Below, one piece after another: positions 1 to 16,959 of a DNA stretch of 64,000 nucleotides. The number at the start of each line of letters is the position of its first letter. Within the stretch, counting starts at the first letter, position 1. The stretch spans positions 31,620,001 through 31,684,000 of the forward strand of contig CAIIXF020000001.1 of the NCBI GenBank assembly GCA_903813345.2. Direction: 5' to 3'. Source of the stretch: Owenia fusiformis (taxonomy: Eukaryota). The notes beneath the pieces were generated by a model. The model searched no databases. It saw nothing but the letters and a program-made list of their open reading frames with translations, and was not told where the DNA came from. The translations under genes were made by a program, and so were the position numbers.

Positions 1-759
1 ATTAATTCACTCCACTTTGTACAAAGCCTTTGGGTTTGGAATCAATGAGCATCGTAAATTACTCGAGTCTCTAGCCAATACTTGGCTAGAGGGGATTCAT
101 CTGGAATACTGTGAACTCTATTTGAAAAAAGCTGCCGGGGTGTCATAAATTTATTGAATATTTTAAAAATCGCCAGATAAATAAATCATTAATCAAACCG
201 GACCCAGCTCAAATCCTTGATGAGATATGACATGATTTCATCAGGATTTCGTCTAAAATTAAAACAAAATGGCTCCAAGAAAAATGGCGATGTTCGAAAA
301 CTGGACGAAATGTCGTTACGTCTGACATTAGTAACTGGCTGTAAATTCTAAGTTAGCGATCCAGAAGATGTGAACTAATACACTGATCACTTTGTGTGTG
401 TTTTGGAATTTTTGGTGAGGTAATAAGACCAAAACTCGCAATTCAAATTGTGATGTGGAAAAATGGCGGACATATGATTTCAAATTTTATGATTACGACA
501 TTACCAGTTGTTCATGCAGGAATATATCTGTACTGGAAGGCCACGATACAGTGGCCTTAGAAGAAGGTAAATCGTAAATGGCTAAAAAGTTGTTTCCTAT
601 CTGACCTCATTATCAAAAGAAAATGTTCCAACTCACCTAAGATTTGCAGTATATTTTGAGAATGGAGTACGAGTCACATATTCAATGCATAAAACTGACC
701 TATAAGAGTATATAAGTGATCGATAATCACATATATAACAAATTACGAAATAGGACTAT

Positions 760-990
760 TCAAACCGGAAGTTGACTATAACACCTTACAGCTTTTTGCA
801 TTTGTTGAGATCAAATTTGGAGACTTTTGAGGGATTGAAATTTAATCTTATAGAATTTTTTGTTTGGAAATATCTAGGATAAAAGAAATAAAAAGTGTTC
901 TTATAACTATTCTATTCAAGGTCAAGTTATTTACAAAATATTATTGGACTGTGTTTTCAACACTTTTCCGGTGGCCTCTTCCGGTGTTTG
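760..990. promoter_or_regulatory. Probable TATA-less housekeeping promoter of RNASEH1
   Basis: ETS-type CCGGAAGT at ~765 and TTCCGG x2 at ~966-985 just upstream of the ATG at 1000; YY1-like AAAATGGCG/C motifs further upstream (~267-470). Motif-only support. Confidence 0.45.
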
Positions 991-999
991 ATATTTTCA

Positions 1000-3900
1000 A
1001 TGTTTAGACGATTTTATACATTTATCTCAAGTATATCACTTCCAAGAATGCCATATTATGCAGTAAAAGTCGGGAAGAAACCAGGAGTATATGAATCCTG
1101 GTATGCCTGTTCATATTCATAAAGCTTGTTGTGAGAAAGTAATAGATCTTGAGTCACTCTCACAGGGAGTTTTTAACCAAACCTGCCCAGTTATCTACTC
1201 CTGACGTCGTAGATCTACGACTTCGGGAGTAGATAACTGGGCCAGACGGGTTTGGTTAGGAGTTTTTTTTAGATCTACATCATATGTAGCCTACGGCTAA
1301 AGTCAGTCCCCTTTTATGTTTCTATAGCCTAGTCTAATATACATCTGTAGTCTATTATCACATGTTTAGGAGTTTCTCAGCATTTTGATCGGTAAATTGT
1401 GATGATGCATATTCCATATCACATGGTACATAACTCATTATCATGCGATATGGTGGACCATTTGATTTCAACCATCAGCCCATGTTTCAACAAAGAAGCC
1501 TATGTTATCATTACGGAGTCAATAGCAACAATATGACGTCACTGGTTATAATATCACTTCGTTAACAATGTAACACCACTCAAGTTACGCTTTCATTTAG
1601 TATTCTGTATGTTTGATGATGATATGTGAAATTCCCAAAAATCTACATACCTGCTCCTCTAATTATCGGTATTGTAATTGTATGCTAGATTTTAAAGGGT
1701 ACACTATAATTACATTGGAGTACATAAAGTAATTGAACTATTAATATGATATACATACAGGAAAAGTGTAATATTCATCACTAGGTGTCTTGTTTTTGTA
1801 TTTCCAGGGGGGAATGTGAAGCGCAAGTTAAGGGATTTAATGGAGCTAAATATAAGAAATTTCCAACAGAAAGAGAAGCCAAAGAATTTGCTGGTGTTGC
1901 CTCTTCCAGTGTAGAATCACCATATAGACAGCCTCAAGCTTCTACATCAAATACAGCTAAATCACTAAAGAGGCCATATGGTAACTAAAGACAAGTTTCT
2001 TTTTACTAATTTAACTAAATCTTCATGATTCTGAAGTTCTTAGAACATGTATACATGTAAGTGGCTTTGAAGCACTGCTTCATGTTTCTAAGTTCCAATT
2101 TCATTTTAAGTAGGACCTCCTTCAAAAAGCAATCATGGGTTGTTCCGAGGTACCTAGTGATATTTTGAGCTTTATGAGAAAATATACAATGATGAACAAA
2201 TAGGACAAATCTTGTGTACAAATACTCATGATAAATTTGTCAGTATGAGGATTGTTCCTTCTATTGTTCTGATCACTGGTTCTGATGGACGCCAAAACAT
2301 CAGCTTTCTTGAGTATTTCAGGGTTCAGTTTATAACAACGTCAGCTGCGTGTATAATCTTTAATGCATGGCTGTTTTGTTTTGATAAGATGGGTGAAAAT
2401 GATTTTTAGAGTATCATTTGTTATTGAATTTCAATTTCAAAAGGCCTGTTTTGGTAACATGGTTGGATGGGAACTAGTAGCTAGTTCAAGCAAATAGATT
2501 TACATGTGCAATTTAGTGTGGAACCTTTGAGAATCTGACATTTTGTGATTATATTATTCCAGAGCCAGCAACAACACCTCCCAGTATAGCAGACCTACAG
2601 AGATTAGGGGACAGTTATGTACACCCAGGAGCAAAAAGGAAATTAGAAAAATCTAAGAAATCAAAAAAATCAGACACTCCATCTCCCAAAGTAGTTGCAC
2701 AACTTACAGGACTAAAACATTCATTGGAACTTTTTAAACAACAAAATGCGGCCTTACACGAGACTTGTTATCATATTGACAATCAGATTGATTCAATCAT
2801 AAGTACTGGTGAGCCAACTTCTCCACTTGTACAAAAAAGGACACTTCACACAGACATTCCTAGGAAAAGACAAAAAACTGGTAAGCTCATTTTATTCATT
2901 AAGCTCAGTGGAAGAGCGAGAAGTCTTATTTGGCACAGTGGCCTCATTATCACACAATAGTATCTTGAATGTTGACTGATATGCGGCACTTTGCCACTTT
3001 TTATTACACATGTATTGCATTATGCCTGATGCCAGTGAAAGGAATGCATCCTTATATAATGGAGCAGTTGTCATTTAGCATAAGAATCTTTTTCTTGGTT
3101 GCTTTGTCCCACTGGGCATTCATTTGGAAGTACTTGATTTACAACTACTATATGGTTCTGTAAGCATCATATCAGAACACAGCTAGGCTTTGAAAAATTG
3201 AGATCAGTTCTGATAATGTGATTATTTTCATGATGTAGAGATATAAGTGTGATTTAACATTTGTGTATGTACATGTATTTCTTCAAAAAGCTAGGAAATA
3301 TCAAAAACACTATCATCATTAGTTAAAGCATTTCAATTTTTTTAAAGGTTTTTACTACAACTGGAAAAGCACTAGAGTGGTTTTGCTGATATATATATAT
3401 GTACAATACATGTATGTTTATAGATCCAAGAATGACACATCATCTTTTAGCATTATGGTGGCCAATTTGAGACATAATTTCTGGCAGTGTTTTCTGAAAT
3501 TCTTAAGATGTTTGATGGAATTTGTTTTGTTACACCTGGTGTTACTGTTATCTACGTGGATGTGGTACAGACTTCAAATATTGTTGTCCATTTATCTGGC
3601 TTCTAACAAGAAGGAGTTTATTAATATGGTTGCATGTCCTGGGTCTAGATTAGATCTAGATTGGGTCTAGATCCAAAAGGAGACAATACTACTACCTGGT
3701 TATTTCCATCATGAAATGTTCAAAATAATCAGTTATTTCTTATTCTTGTGGAATCGCCCACTCTGGGGAGTTGCTGTTTTTCTAGTTACATTTGTTGTTA
3801 CATGCAGTTTAAATATTTTTTCTCAGGCAGCAGGATCAGAACAGAATACATTTCCTGAAAAAATGCTTTGGTCACCTTACCATACATAAGTTTATACTTA

Positions 3901-6285
3901 GAGGACCAACATAATTATGTTATTTTGTTTGTAGAAAGTCAACCAGTTGTGTACACCGATGGGGCCTGTATAAACAATGGTAGAGAAAATGCAAGAGCAG
4001 GGATAGGAGTCTACTGGGGGCCTGGTCATCAAAGGTAAATTTAATATTTTTACCAGTTCTCTATCAGGCTTTCAACTTGTAGTTCTGACTTTAAGAAAAT
4101 ATTTTTCCTATCAAAAGCTTTTCCCTTTTTATCAGATACAGGAATTAGCAATTTAAGTAAACTAGGCCTACTGTTTATCAAAAAATGATATGAGTATGGA
4201 ATCTATGTTGATTTTTCAAGAAATTTAAATCAAGAATGTCCAGAAAATTCTATGTCCATTAGTTGTAGAATACTATCCTCATCAGCAGAATGACTTTACT
4301 GAATCGTGACTCTGAAACTGTTTGTGCATTCATTATGAAAATATTGGCAATTAATGTATGCTTTCAGCAATGTATCAGAGCGGTTGCCTGGAAGACAGAC
4401 CAATAACAGAGCAGAAATATATGTAAGAATGAGCATTAGAGGTTATTAAACTTTAAGTCACATTTTTATTGTTAACATGTCAGCACCATCTATGTAACAT
4501 AATAGAATGAAGTTTCTTGACGATCTATAAATAGATATGAGGTCATGTCCATGAGCAGAGTTTTGGCCCAAAAAAGTAAGAAATTTGTGCTTCAAGCTCA
4601 ATATCTGTAATTTGCAAGCGATTCTGACCATGTTATATTTATCAAAATGATGCTTAAAGTTTTGAGACTCAACTGAAGTTAAAAAATAAGGTGAACTATA
4701 CACCAACTCAGTGATTATGACCAAACAAAAACGGGAGTCCAAACTGGCTGTCAAAAGATGTGGTTTAGAACTACCACATCATGCTTGTGCATTGCTTACT
4801 GTAAAACGGCTAATTTTGACACTGGGAAATTTTAGCGATTTTTCAATTTTAGGAGGTTTTAGCGCGAGAAATTTTAGCGAAATGAAGATTAATCTTTAAA
4901 AAATCAAATTAGCGAAATGCATTAGAAATTTTATCATTTATGGCAGAAGAATGAATTACGGACATGACAGAGGAATTATCAAAATGTAAGACTTCTAACG
5001 CACATGGTATTGGTCCAAACTACTGTAATCTCATCTGACTAATCACAAAATCACGGTAGCATTTAAAATCGTTGATTTAATCTCAAATTACAAACCGGAA
5101 GTCGAGCACTGAACGAAAAGCTCCTTAAATACTGGTAATTTAGTTTCCCGGGAATTTGCAAATTTTAGCGCCCGGTTTATTTTAACCCCGGTTTATTTTA
5201 GCGAAACTATAGCGATTGCTAACAATCACTAACAATTACCCCTCGCTAACAATACGCGTTTTACAGTATTAAAAAAAGCATAGCCTTGACTGTGAATAAC
5301 ATCCTTTGACATTTACTCATGGAATTTGGACTAAAGTTTTGAGTGTTAACCTGTCATTCTCATTTTAGAGTCCTCTTGGTTTTTAAGAAATTGGTAATTA
5401 CATGTTTGATGTTAGTTTTGACCTTATGTATGTTCTTGTGATTATAGGCAATTTGTCGAGCCATACAGCAAGCTAAGGATATGGGGCATGAGGAGATTAC
5501 TATAAAGACAGACAGTCAATTCACTATCAATTGTAAGTTTGTGGCCATTCCATTTGAAATTGGTTTAATTTCAGTCTAAACCTGTCATTTTGACTCACTA
5601 TGTACACAGCCTAGTTAATGATCATGGTTTGAAACTTCCCCCTGCTAGAGGGAGAATTAACCTCAGTACAGTACTTGTAGTTATAAAATGCTTGATTTGA
5701 GGTCTACATTCAATTTGGTATTTTATAAAGAATAATAGTCTGTATAGGATTTCAAATTTGCATTTAGGCATTACAAAATGGGTTCATAATTGGAAGAAAA
5801 ATGGTTGGAAACTGTCTACAGGCAAACCTGTGATTAACAGAGAAGAGCTGGAAATACTAGATAAACTCCAGGAAAATATGACTATCAACTGGGTGAGTTG
5901 AGTTATAATTTACACCAGCTCAGTGTAGGAAATATGCATTAAGATAATATTGACAATTTTCAGATACTTTGAAACATTCTGAAATTTTTTTTATTTAAAC
6001 CAATTTATTTTTCAGTTTTGGGCTTCATTTTAACTCGTTAATTGTATATTTAAATAGCAATGTTTTTAGCTTGGTATTGGTGGTTGGCATTTGTATCTAC
6101 TTGTTACTTTTGTATTCATTGGCAAGAACTTACAGGGTGGTAACATTTTGTGATGTAATGCCTTTTCTAATACAGTAGTAGTTAAAATTTATATATCATT
6201 TCAGGAACATGTATCAGCTCACATTGGCATTGAAGGCAATGAGATGGCAGATGAGCTTGCTAACGAAGGTGCTATGAAGGAATAA
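1000..6285 (+). CDS. RNASEH1: Ribonuclease H1 (8 coding exons, ~345 aa from ATG 1000; 329 aa from ATG 1048)
   Basis: Exons 1000-1100, 1808-1980, 2563-2880, 3935-4034, 4368-4422, 5448-5532, 5768-5892, 6205-6285, all GT-AG and phase-compatible (1038 nt). Hybrid-binding domain [36 protein letters not shown]; catalytic motifs [55 protein letters not shown] at 6301. Confidence 0.96.
1174..1258. mobile_element. 85-bp palindromic MITE with 8-bp TSD in RNASEH1 intron 1
   Basis: TAACCAAACC..CCCAGTTATCTACTCC..AGATCT..GGAGTAGATAACTGGG..GGTTTGGTTA; GGAGTTTT at 1166-1173 and 1259-1266. Confidence 0.8.
4799..5266. mobile_element. TA-TSD MITE (Tc1/mariner-like) in RNASEH1 intron 5
   Basis: TA|CTGTAAAACG ... 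CGTTTTACAG|TA; internal TTTAGCG repeats. Confidence 0.7.
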
Positions 6286-6655
6286 CATTGATGAAGGAAT
6301 AATAAAGATAGGTACAACAAATGAATTGGACAATGTAATGACATTAGCAAATTTCATGATTCTATGGAATTAATCCAAGGACATATATGATTCCCTCATT
6401 CATTCATGAACCACCAGTGTGATCAGATCATGCACAAAGCTGGATAAAGGCTGTACTGTATTTTGGGCAAAATAAAATAAAGAGCAATCCCTTTGGTTGA
6501 TTAAAGCCCCATTCAACAGAAGCCTGCTTAGTAGTTAAATAAATCCCCAAGCTGTATTTGTCATTTGTTGAATAGATCAATGCTTTTAGAATAAACAAGG
6601 AACATTTTTCTTTTAAATTGTTGTTGCTTTCCATTTTATACCATGAGGCTGTTCT

Positions 6656-8788
6656 CACAGGCTGGTATCGACAAATTTGTCCGCTGTGACGGAGCATGCT
6701 ATTTTGCATAGGAACACTGAGAAACCCACACAATTTATTTTTTTACTCATATGTTTTGCTATATCAAAGAAAATTACTGACTCCATGCAATGAATATATC
6801 ATTTGCGGGTAACTTTAACTTCTGTTTGAAGTCCAACAATGCTAAGAGTAAAAGCTATTGAAAACGGCGTCGGAGTATCATACTCCAAAATGTACCATTT
6901 CTTTTATTTCTTTTTAATGCTACAATATAGCGACACGATAATATTAACATATGTTTTCAGCATAACTCTGAAGGTATTAATGAGATCTTTATGTATGGGT
7001 ATTTTTAATTTTTTTAATAAAAAATAATGTTTAAATTTTGTGTCCGCTGTGACGGAGCAGTTTCAAATTTGAAATACGTTAAGAATTTAGATTTATAATA
7101 TATCTCTTTATAACTACACGTTAGAGGAGGGAGCGTATCAAATCTCTTTCGTAAAGTATTCTGAAAAATAAAACGGAATAAAAGTACACAATTCAAATTC
7201 TGAGATATACGACCACTCTTTAAGCTTCTTTTCTCAGTTTGTACTGTAATCCGGCCAAGTTATGCATGGTAACTCATGAAAATGATAGTCAACTCTATTT
7301 CAGTATAGGGTATTTGCCTTTCGTTGTGCCTACTGTGTATCAATCACCTGACATGGTCATTTTTTATGGTAACTTATATACAGTAATATTATGTGTAATT
7401 ATATATATGTAACTATATTAGTAATTACATCTGTCTATTTCGCTATTTCGAATAAATTTTTATTATCCCTATTTATGTTACGCGGTAAACACGATACAAA
7501 AATATGCCATATTCCGCAACGAGTATGCCATATTCACTTGCGGTGTATGACAGATTCTCCTGTGGTACATGGCATACACACTAACCAATGAGAACGTGAT
7601 AAGGAAGTATGCAATTGTCAATTGCATCGATTGAACGAATAAGTAAAACTTTATAAATTATTATAATGATTACTGAATCAACAGTACAGTTTATCGAATA
7701 CATCAACGTATGCAGAAGTATCACTCACCAATCTCACATAATAAACTTACCCAATCAATCCAGGATTCATATATTAGTACTCGACGCACTGACAGTATTG
7801 GTAATCCAGCGTAGTTTTACATTCAGAGTCGATTCTCGCAACCAATCAAACCAAGTCTTTCTGTATCACGTTTTTCACCTGCGGAATATGTCATATTCAC
7901 CTGCTGTATATGACATATTCCGCAGGTGAGTATGACATATTCTGAAGGTGAGTATCGGGTATTCACTGAATTCAATGCATCACATATTCACTGCGGAATA
8001 TGGCATACTCACCTGCGGAATATGCCATATACCGCAGGTGAGTATGGCATATTCACCCGTATCACAAATACCGCGCAACCATGAATGTATGCCATATTCT
8101 GCGTAACAATTACACTACACGTGACATTCTAAGACGTCTTGGCGAAAACGTATTAGAAATATTATGTTGAGTTACACCATGTTGATTCATGTTGATTTCA
8201 GTACAAACCTCCGAAAAATGCTAAGAATGGTCGTTTTTATATCTCAGATTTACATTACCCCAGATCTCCCAGAGGCTACTTGTCATAATTCAGGAAAGTG
8301 ATTTGAGACGTTCTCTCTTCTAAGGGTACGTTTAAAAGATACAATTTGAATCTTAAATTCTTAACGTAGTTCACAGTTAAAACTGCTCCGTCACGGCTGA
8401 CAAAAAATGTAAACATTATTTTTTAAAAAAAATATTTAAAATACCCAATACATCAAGATATCTTTAATACCTTCAGAGTTATGCTGAAAACATATGTAAA
8501 TATTATCGTGTCACTATATTGTACCATTAAAAAGAAATAAAAGAAATGGTACATTTTGGAGTATGATACCCCGGCGCCGTTTTCAATAACTTTTACTCTT
8601 AGCGTTGTTGGACTTCAAACAAAAGTTAAAGTTACCCGCAAATGATATACCCATTGCATGGAGTAAGAAACTTTCTTTGGTATAGCGAAACATATGAGTA
8701 AAAAAATAAATTGTGTGGGTTTCTTAGTGTTCATATGCAAAATAGCACGCTCCGTCACAGCGGACAAATTTTTCGATACCAGCCTTTG
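6656..8788. mobile_element. Foldback non-autonomous DNA transposon, CAC terminus, 5-bp TSD (Transib-like)
   Basis: ~450-bp inverted arms (6656-~7110 vs ~8330-8788); ends CACAGGCTGG / CCAGCCTTTG (1 mismatch); GTTCT at 6651-6655 and 8789-8793. Confidence 0.8.
7874..8060. repeat. ~22-bp minisatellite in alternating orientations (TCACCTGCGGAATATGNCATAT)
   Basis: Repeated CACCTGCGGAATATG and its complement CCGCAGGTGAGTATG; related units at 7500-7540; probably part of a nested insertion ~7476-8108 (TGTTACGC..GCGTAACA). Confidence 0.7.
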
Positions 8789-10211
8789 GTTCTGTGTATA
8801 ATAAGCTAAGAGGGGGAGTAATGTGTTTATAAGCCATGATAAGATATGTTTCTTGACTTTCTTTCCTCTAACTCCAATTTCCCCCTTTTCAATGTAGGCC
8901 TACAGAGATGGAACATCCAGTTTCTTAACTCAGCTCATTTTCTAATAGACAAATTGTGTAAAGGACCAGGTAGAATATGGCAAGTGCTTATAATATCAAG
9001 AGTTTCTTCGACACTTTATTTACAACTTCTGAAAAGGGGATGGGTATTAAAATACAAACATCTTCTTTATATCCCTACAAACTTCATTCAATGGGATAAT
9101 AAATATATTGTACTTCCTTTCCAAACCTAAAACATGTACTTTCTTTATCCTAGCCCAAAAGTTATTATTAAATACATCTATAGGTCAAGTGTATTTCATT
9201 TTTTGATGTAAATTGATGTTTTAACCATGTCTTAAAATTCTAAAAATACTCAATAAATACAGAAGTAACTTTTAGTTGCATTTTATTGTTTTTCTTTCCC
9301 CGTATAAAGATAATGGGGCAACATACCGCCTATTTTACAATGATAAAACAACAAGGTATAAATGAAGACAAGTGTTTGACATTTCAAATCTTTTAGAAAC
9401 TGTTTTTATAGTGTTGTTTGTTTGTTGTTATGTACGTATACACGAAAATGTGTTCTATAATACTGTACTAAAATCTGACAAATATTGAATCAAATCAAAT
9501 TTTGAAATTTTTTTTTCATAGGTTAAGGTCCATTTAACATTTAATATGTTGATATTACATTATATGAATATAGCCTAAAGAAGGAACGAATGAAGAAAAA
9601 TATTCAGCATACTGGGAAATTTTCTGAAGCAAAACATTCTCCATGATATTAAACACTGTGAAAAGCCAATTTTAACGCCATTTTCATTAGATCATAACTT
9701 AATCAAATGCGTTAAAATAATGAATATAATATAACACATACACTACAAAAATATACAAAAATTTATGTGATTATTTTTTTGAGGTATGAAATGCGTGAAC
9801 TATAATATGTAAGCGAGTGCTATAGACATATCTATCTAAATCAATTGATGAGAGCATATTAACAGAGCATATGACTTCTTTCCTAGACCTATATGGTCTA
9901 AAACTTCTTAATATAAAACTGTATATGTTAAAGCTTATATGATATTAGTATAATAATTAAATTGTGATTTTTAACAAGGATCTGAATACATTAGGAAATA
10001 GCAGAGGTATAAGATGAATCAACAAATCGGATTAACAAAAATCAACAATACACATTGCGATGAGTAAACAATAGAACCACTCCTTATAATTTGGCGTGCT
10101 CATTCAGTCCAATATACACATGAATTAAATAACGCAGTGAGCCTCCAGCTCTGTTTTATGGTGTTCCTAGTCTTGAAATACAAAGTCCTACTTCTTCCCC
10201 TATTATACAAT

Positions 10212-13565
<3,354 letters not shown>

Positions 13566-15229
13566 CTAGGGAGGGACCACTGCTACCTGGAAGTAGAACA
13601 TATAAAAATTAAGCGTGCAATCCCAAGATTTATCGCTACCAGAGTGTAGAGCCTGAGTGACAAGTAAATCATTAAAAAGGATATAAGCAGCATACATTTG
13701 TCTGCAAATATTTTATTTGTTATAATGTCAACCTTCTTTTCAATTGCTCTCTTTTGTGCAACATAATACAACTTTGCTTGGAACTGAGGAAAATGCCAAA
13801 AAGATTTTTATTTGTAAATAGGACTTCTAAATTCTTTATAAATATTGAGAATGGAGTTTTTAGGAGATTTCGATACATTCTCTGGTATGTGAACCATCTT
13901 GGTTCAAAATATGTTTGAAATCCAGCATGGTGTTGTCATTTCCTGTTTTGTCATTTCCTGTTAAGTATCATGAGACCTTAAAGCAGATATGAAATGGTAT
14001 TTTTGACCTAAAGGAATCAATATAATTTTTTGATAAATGTATTTGGACATGTTTTCTCACCAGTATTGTGAAAATTATTTCACTCTAACGATCGTTATAG
14101 CTGCTTAATAAGCTATATTCGAATAGGTTGTGACGTTATTGGCCCCCACGTGATCTCTCACTGGTCCCCACGTGGCCTGTTTTGGTCCATTCAATCATGA
14201 CGTCATAATACCAAGATGTTTTACAATCATATGGTTGCCGTAACGTCGTGATTACCAAGGAACCAATAAATCAAAACTATGGTATATATTATGTATGACA
14301 TTACTAATCACGTGGGGGCCAATCTGATTGATCAGTTAATTTTATAATATTATTTTTGACCATTAACAGTTATCTAACATTTCTTTTATAATGGCTATTG
14401 CAAGAACTCTTCGTTGGGCTTACAATGAAGAATACCGCATTTTTGTAGCTACAAGTTGCTACATTATGAATATACTTTTCCATATATTATTGCACAATGG
14501 TCTCCCAATTTCTTATTTTTGCCGTTCTACTGACGAAATGAAGCAGTGAAATGGACTCTAGTCCCGTAAGTTCTTCAAACAATTTCCCGACTGGAGTAAA
14601 AATAGGTTATACCAATCAAACCTTTCTGGGGAGATCTAGGGTGACCCAGGAATTTTTCTCAGCACCCGTCGCCCTGGTTACAATCCAGCCATGTGGCCAT
14701 TTAATCCCTTATTTTTTAGATTCAAAGTTGTCAGTAACTTGTCACTCAAGTCTGATAGACATATTTTATCTGATGAACTTCCAAAATCATACCAAAATCA
14801 AGCAGAACTTATCCAGGACTAGACTTCAGTTGCTTTTATTTCAACATGGCTATTTTTATGGCTAGATTGCCTTTTGTTTCAAGCCTTTATTTACAAATTC
14901 ACAATGTCAAATGCATTGCTTTTTTGAGTGAGAACAATGTGATGCATGGGAACAGAATGATGGCGTGTGATATTTTACATATTAAATAATCACATATATA
15001 TACAAAATTAACTGATGAAACTCCCTATACATGATATAATCGACAAATTCAGTCATGAATAAATATAGTCCTGAAAATCATACCGGAAGTTCAAGTGCGT
15101 GGTGAGTAATTTCATTATATTCGACTAAAAATGAACATTATTGCTCATTTTGAAGGATTTAAAAGCTACAATAAAAATTCCCTTTTAAATGAGGACAAAT
15201 GTATTGTCATTCAATGATGATCTACTCAC

Positions 15230-15312
15230 CATAAATTGATGAAAATGGGGTAAAACTAAAACATCGGCGAAGTTCCCTATCAACAAAGGTTCCCGGATGT
15301 AAGTCACGTGGT
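15230..15312 (-). promoter_or_regulatory. Probable ELOC exon 1 and core promoter
   Basis: Strong minus-strand donor TTTATG|GTGAGT at 15230; CCGGATGT (ETS-like) and CACGTG E-box at ~15293-15310. Confidence 0.55.
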
Positions 15313-15912
15313 TTTGTTTGAAACTGACATCTATCTGAAGAGAGTTCAATTTGAACCAATACTGGAATAAAGTTGAGCTTTCAAGTCAAATGTATTATAT
15401 GTGTCCAAGAGCCAGGTGGGAAAGATATTATGCTCCCCCAGGGATTATGGTCCATTGGCGTCGGAAGGGAGAGGGCGTTTTTAATATAGATCTATGTTTT
15501 AATGTAAAAGGTCCCCAGTGCACAGCAACAAGGTCCCCAGCAGTGCACAGCAACAAGCCTGCACTACTGGTAAAGAGGGGTGTGTCAACGCGGTAGCCTG
15601 ACAGTCGCCCCAGGGTATTTCAACATTAAGGGACTTCCTAGGGGGGTACAGGGGCCAACCAGGAAGGTTTCTTTAAATTTTAAAATGAGTTGTAAACCAT
15701 AGATCTATTTTTAAAGGTTTTTACTTATATTCTATTCAAATTCTATCACTGTTAAACTATATATCTGCTTTATATGGGCTTATTAGCCTTTTGCAGATTA
15801 TTGACATAGACATAGACATAGGCGTTGGGGGCGACCACCCCCCACCCCCCCCCCCTTTTTAAGTAACAATGACAGAAATGATACTATCTCATTTTCACTA
15901 CTATTGAATTCT

Positions 15913-16563
15913 ATAGGTATAAGGGACGTTATCACAACACTAATGGCATTGCTCACTTTTTAAAGTTAGTTTCCGGTTATACAAAAAATAATCGAAGTAA
16001 ATTAATATTGGATGGAGGGGGAGTGGATGGAGGGGGAGTGGATGGAGGGGGGAGTAATGTGTATATAAGACATGATAAGACATGCTACTTGAATTTATTC
16101 TCATCACTCCAAATTTTCACATTTTTCATTCTCCAGAGATATAGGTTAATATCCAGTTTACTTGGGTACTGAGTTTTGCTTTTTCAAATACACGAGTTCT
16201 TTTGAATTTGTTCCATAGTAAAGACATATAACTCCCCCCCCCCCTCCATCCACTCCCCCCCCTCAATCCAATATTAATTTATTTCGATTATTTTTTGTAT
16301 AACGCATGGAAACTAACTTTAAAAAGTGAGAAATCTCATTAGTGTTGTGATAATAACGTCCCTTATACCTATTTATTACAGGTCGTGTAGACCATTGTTG
16401 TCTGATTTATAGCAAAAACATTGACTTTTGCACGGTTGGTGATGATGCGCCTTTTTTTAATAGATCTCATATCTTAGAAGCGTATCAGGTCAAAAAAAAT
16501 ACTAGAAGACCTAACATATTTTGCCATGCACTGCGCCTATTCATTTTGCAATTCAGTTGTAAA
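15913..16563. mobile_element. Palindromic element with G-rich subterminal repeats (copy 1)
   Basis: Inverted arms ATAGGTATAAGGGACGTTA..GGATGGAGGGGG / CCCCCTCCATCC..TAACGTCCCTTATACCTAT (15913-16372) plus ~190-bp tail shared with 63311-63979. Confidence 0.8.
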
Positions 16564-16664
16564 CTTTCTCTTGAAAAAATAAATCTTCCAAATTTGTTGA
16601 GTTTTCTTGCAGAAATCGCCTAGGCTACTCCCCCTCCATCCATTTTGTACGATCACCGGACGTG

Positions 16665-16959
16665 AAATTGGCGGATTGGAACAATGTACGTCAATACGCC
16701 AATGCGTAATGTTGAAAAAATGAGAGTAATGATTAAATAATTTCCCTATGTTCTTCAGTCATATTTTTTCATTGTGAGTTAAAACCCGTTTTGGACAAAG
16801 GAAATTCACCTAAATGTTGAAGAGGTTCTTGCCACTTTGAGAATAGACCAAGAAAAATGGACTTGGTTCCATAAAACTAAGGCATTTGGATATAGAAAAT
16901 TTGACAAAATATTTGCATATTTTTGCGTTGTGTTAAATTTACACCTCCCTACGCCCCTG
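16665..16959. mobile_element. hAT-like MITE remnant
   Basis: GGAACAATGTACG..ACGCCA start and TTTACACCTCCCTACGCCCCTG end, matching the ends of 23891-25512. Confidence 0.55.

Noticed and set aside
1..760. Divergent gene upstream of RNASEH1 (minus-strand donor TTAG|GTGAGT at ~637)
   Set aside because: Only a splice-like motif; no coding exon could be assembled in the window.
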